Assembly (NCBI GenBank): GCA_963836755.1
Contig: CAWIKF010000002.1
Span: 1,536,001 to 1,600,000, forward strand
DNA length: 64,000 bases
Direction of reading: 5' to 3'
Origin: an uncultured Verrucomicrobiae bacterium
Lineage (GTDB): Bacteria > Verrucomicrobiota > Verrucomicrobiia > Chthoniobacterales > Chthoniobacteraceae
Below the pieces are notes generated by a model. That model was not told the origin of the DNA and ran no database searches. It saw only the letters and a list, made by a program, of their open reading frames with translations. The position numbers and the translations under genes were made by a program. Below are positions 63,619-64,000 of the stretch, in pieces. Every line of letters begins with the position of its first letter. The stretch's first letter is position 1.

Positions 63619-64000
63619 TCCGAATCGCGGCGCGGATTTTTCTCGGCATCGCGCTGTTGATCGGCTGCGCGGGTTGCGATGAAGTGTTTCAAAATAAAGC
63701 TTCGCGCAGCGTTGAGCACGCGGAGGACAAGGAAAAAGCCGGCGATTACCAGGCGGCGATCGAGCTTTATGAAGCCTCGCTCGACGGCACGCCGAAATGC
63801 GCGGACGTCCATTACCGCCTCGCGATGATCTACGATGAAAAACTCGGAAATCCGCTTTCGGCGTCGCATCACTTTCAGCGATATCTGGAACTTTCGCCCC
63901 ATGGCACGCACGCGAAAGACGCGCACGCTTCCATCAAACAGGACGAGCAAAAAATCATCGCTGCGCTGAGCAAAGGCGCGCTGATGACGCAGAACGACGC
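63615..64000 (+). CDS. TPR-containing putative lipoprotein, 3'-truncated by the window edge (not in the ORF track)
   Basis: GTG overlaps the ppk2 stop; LLIGCAGC lipobox; GDYQAAIELY…VHYRLAMIY…FQRYLEL TPRs; open to the window end. Confidence 0.75.
   Translation, partial: MIRIAARIFLGIALLIGCAGCDEVFQNKASRSVEHAEDKEKAGDYQAAIELYEASLDGTPKCADVHYRLAMIYDEKLGNPLSASHHFQRYLELSPHGTHAKDAHASIKQDEQKIIAALSKGALMTQND

Overview
64 kb of GC-rich bacterial chromosome, very probably Verrucomicrobiota (Chthoniobacterales/Spartobacteria-like). The inference rests on an Amuc_1098-1102-type pilus-like operon, a PEP-CTERM protein and other gene content. Most of the window is housekeeping: amidase, HscA/HscB/IscA, DusB, LptF/G, tRNA-Phe, urease, AroD, EPS genes, CoaE, Rho, RNase D, AroF, MscL, Lhr plus phosphoesterase, HisF, an ECF sigma factor, a DHS-like protein, Apt and PPK2. 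The most unusual structure is a ~4 kb accessory block that splits the urease operon between ureF and ureG. It holds a VOC gene, a 21-bp-period array with a fixed RTTG anchor and variable remainder, a 27-bp palindrome, an unannotated helical protein, and a lower-GC run of small, partly broken ORFs with two degenerate attC-like sites and no integrase (CALIN-like). Two further, sequence-unrelated 21-bp arrays lie at 13.3 kb and 51.4 kb. All three arrays appear to sit at local C-rich to G-rich skew switches. A cobalamin riboswitch precedes a frameshifted PEP-CTERM gene. Several single-base frameshifts may be assembly errors. Everything was read by eye; no searches were run.
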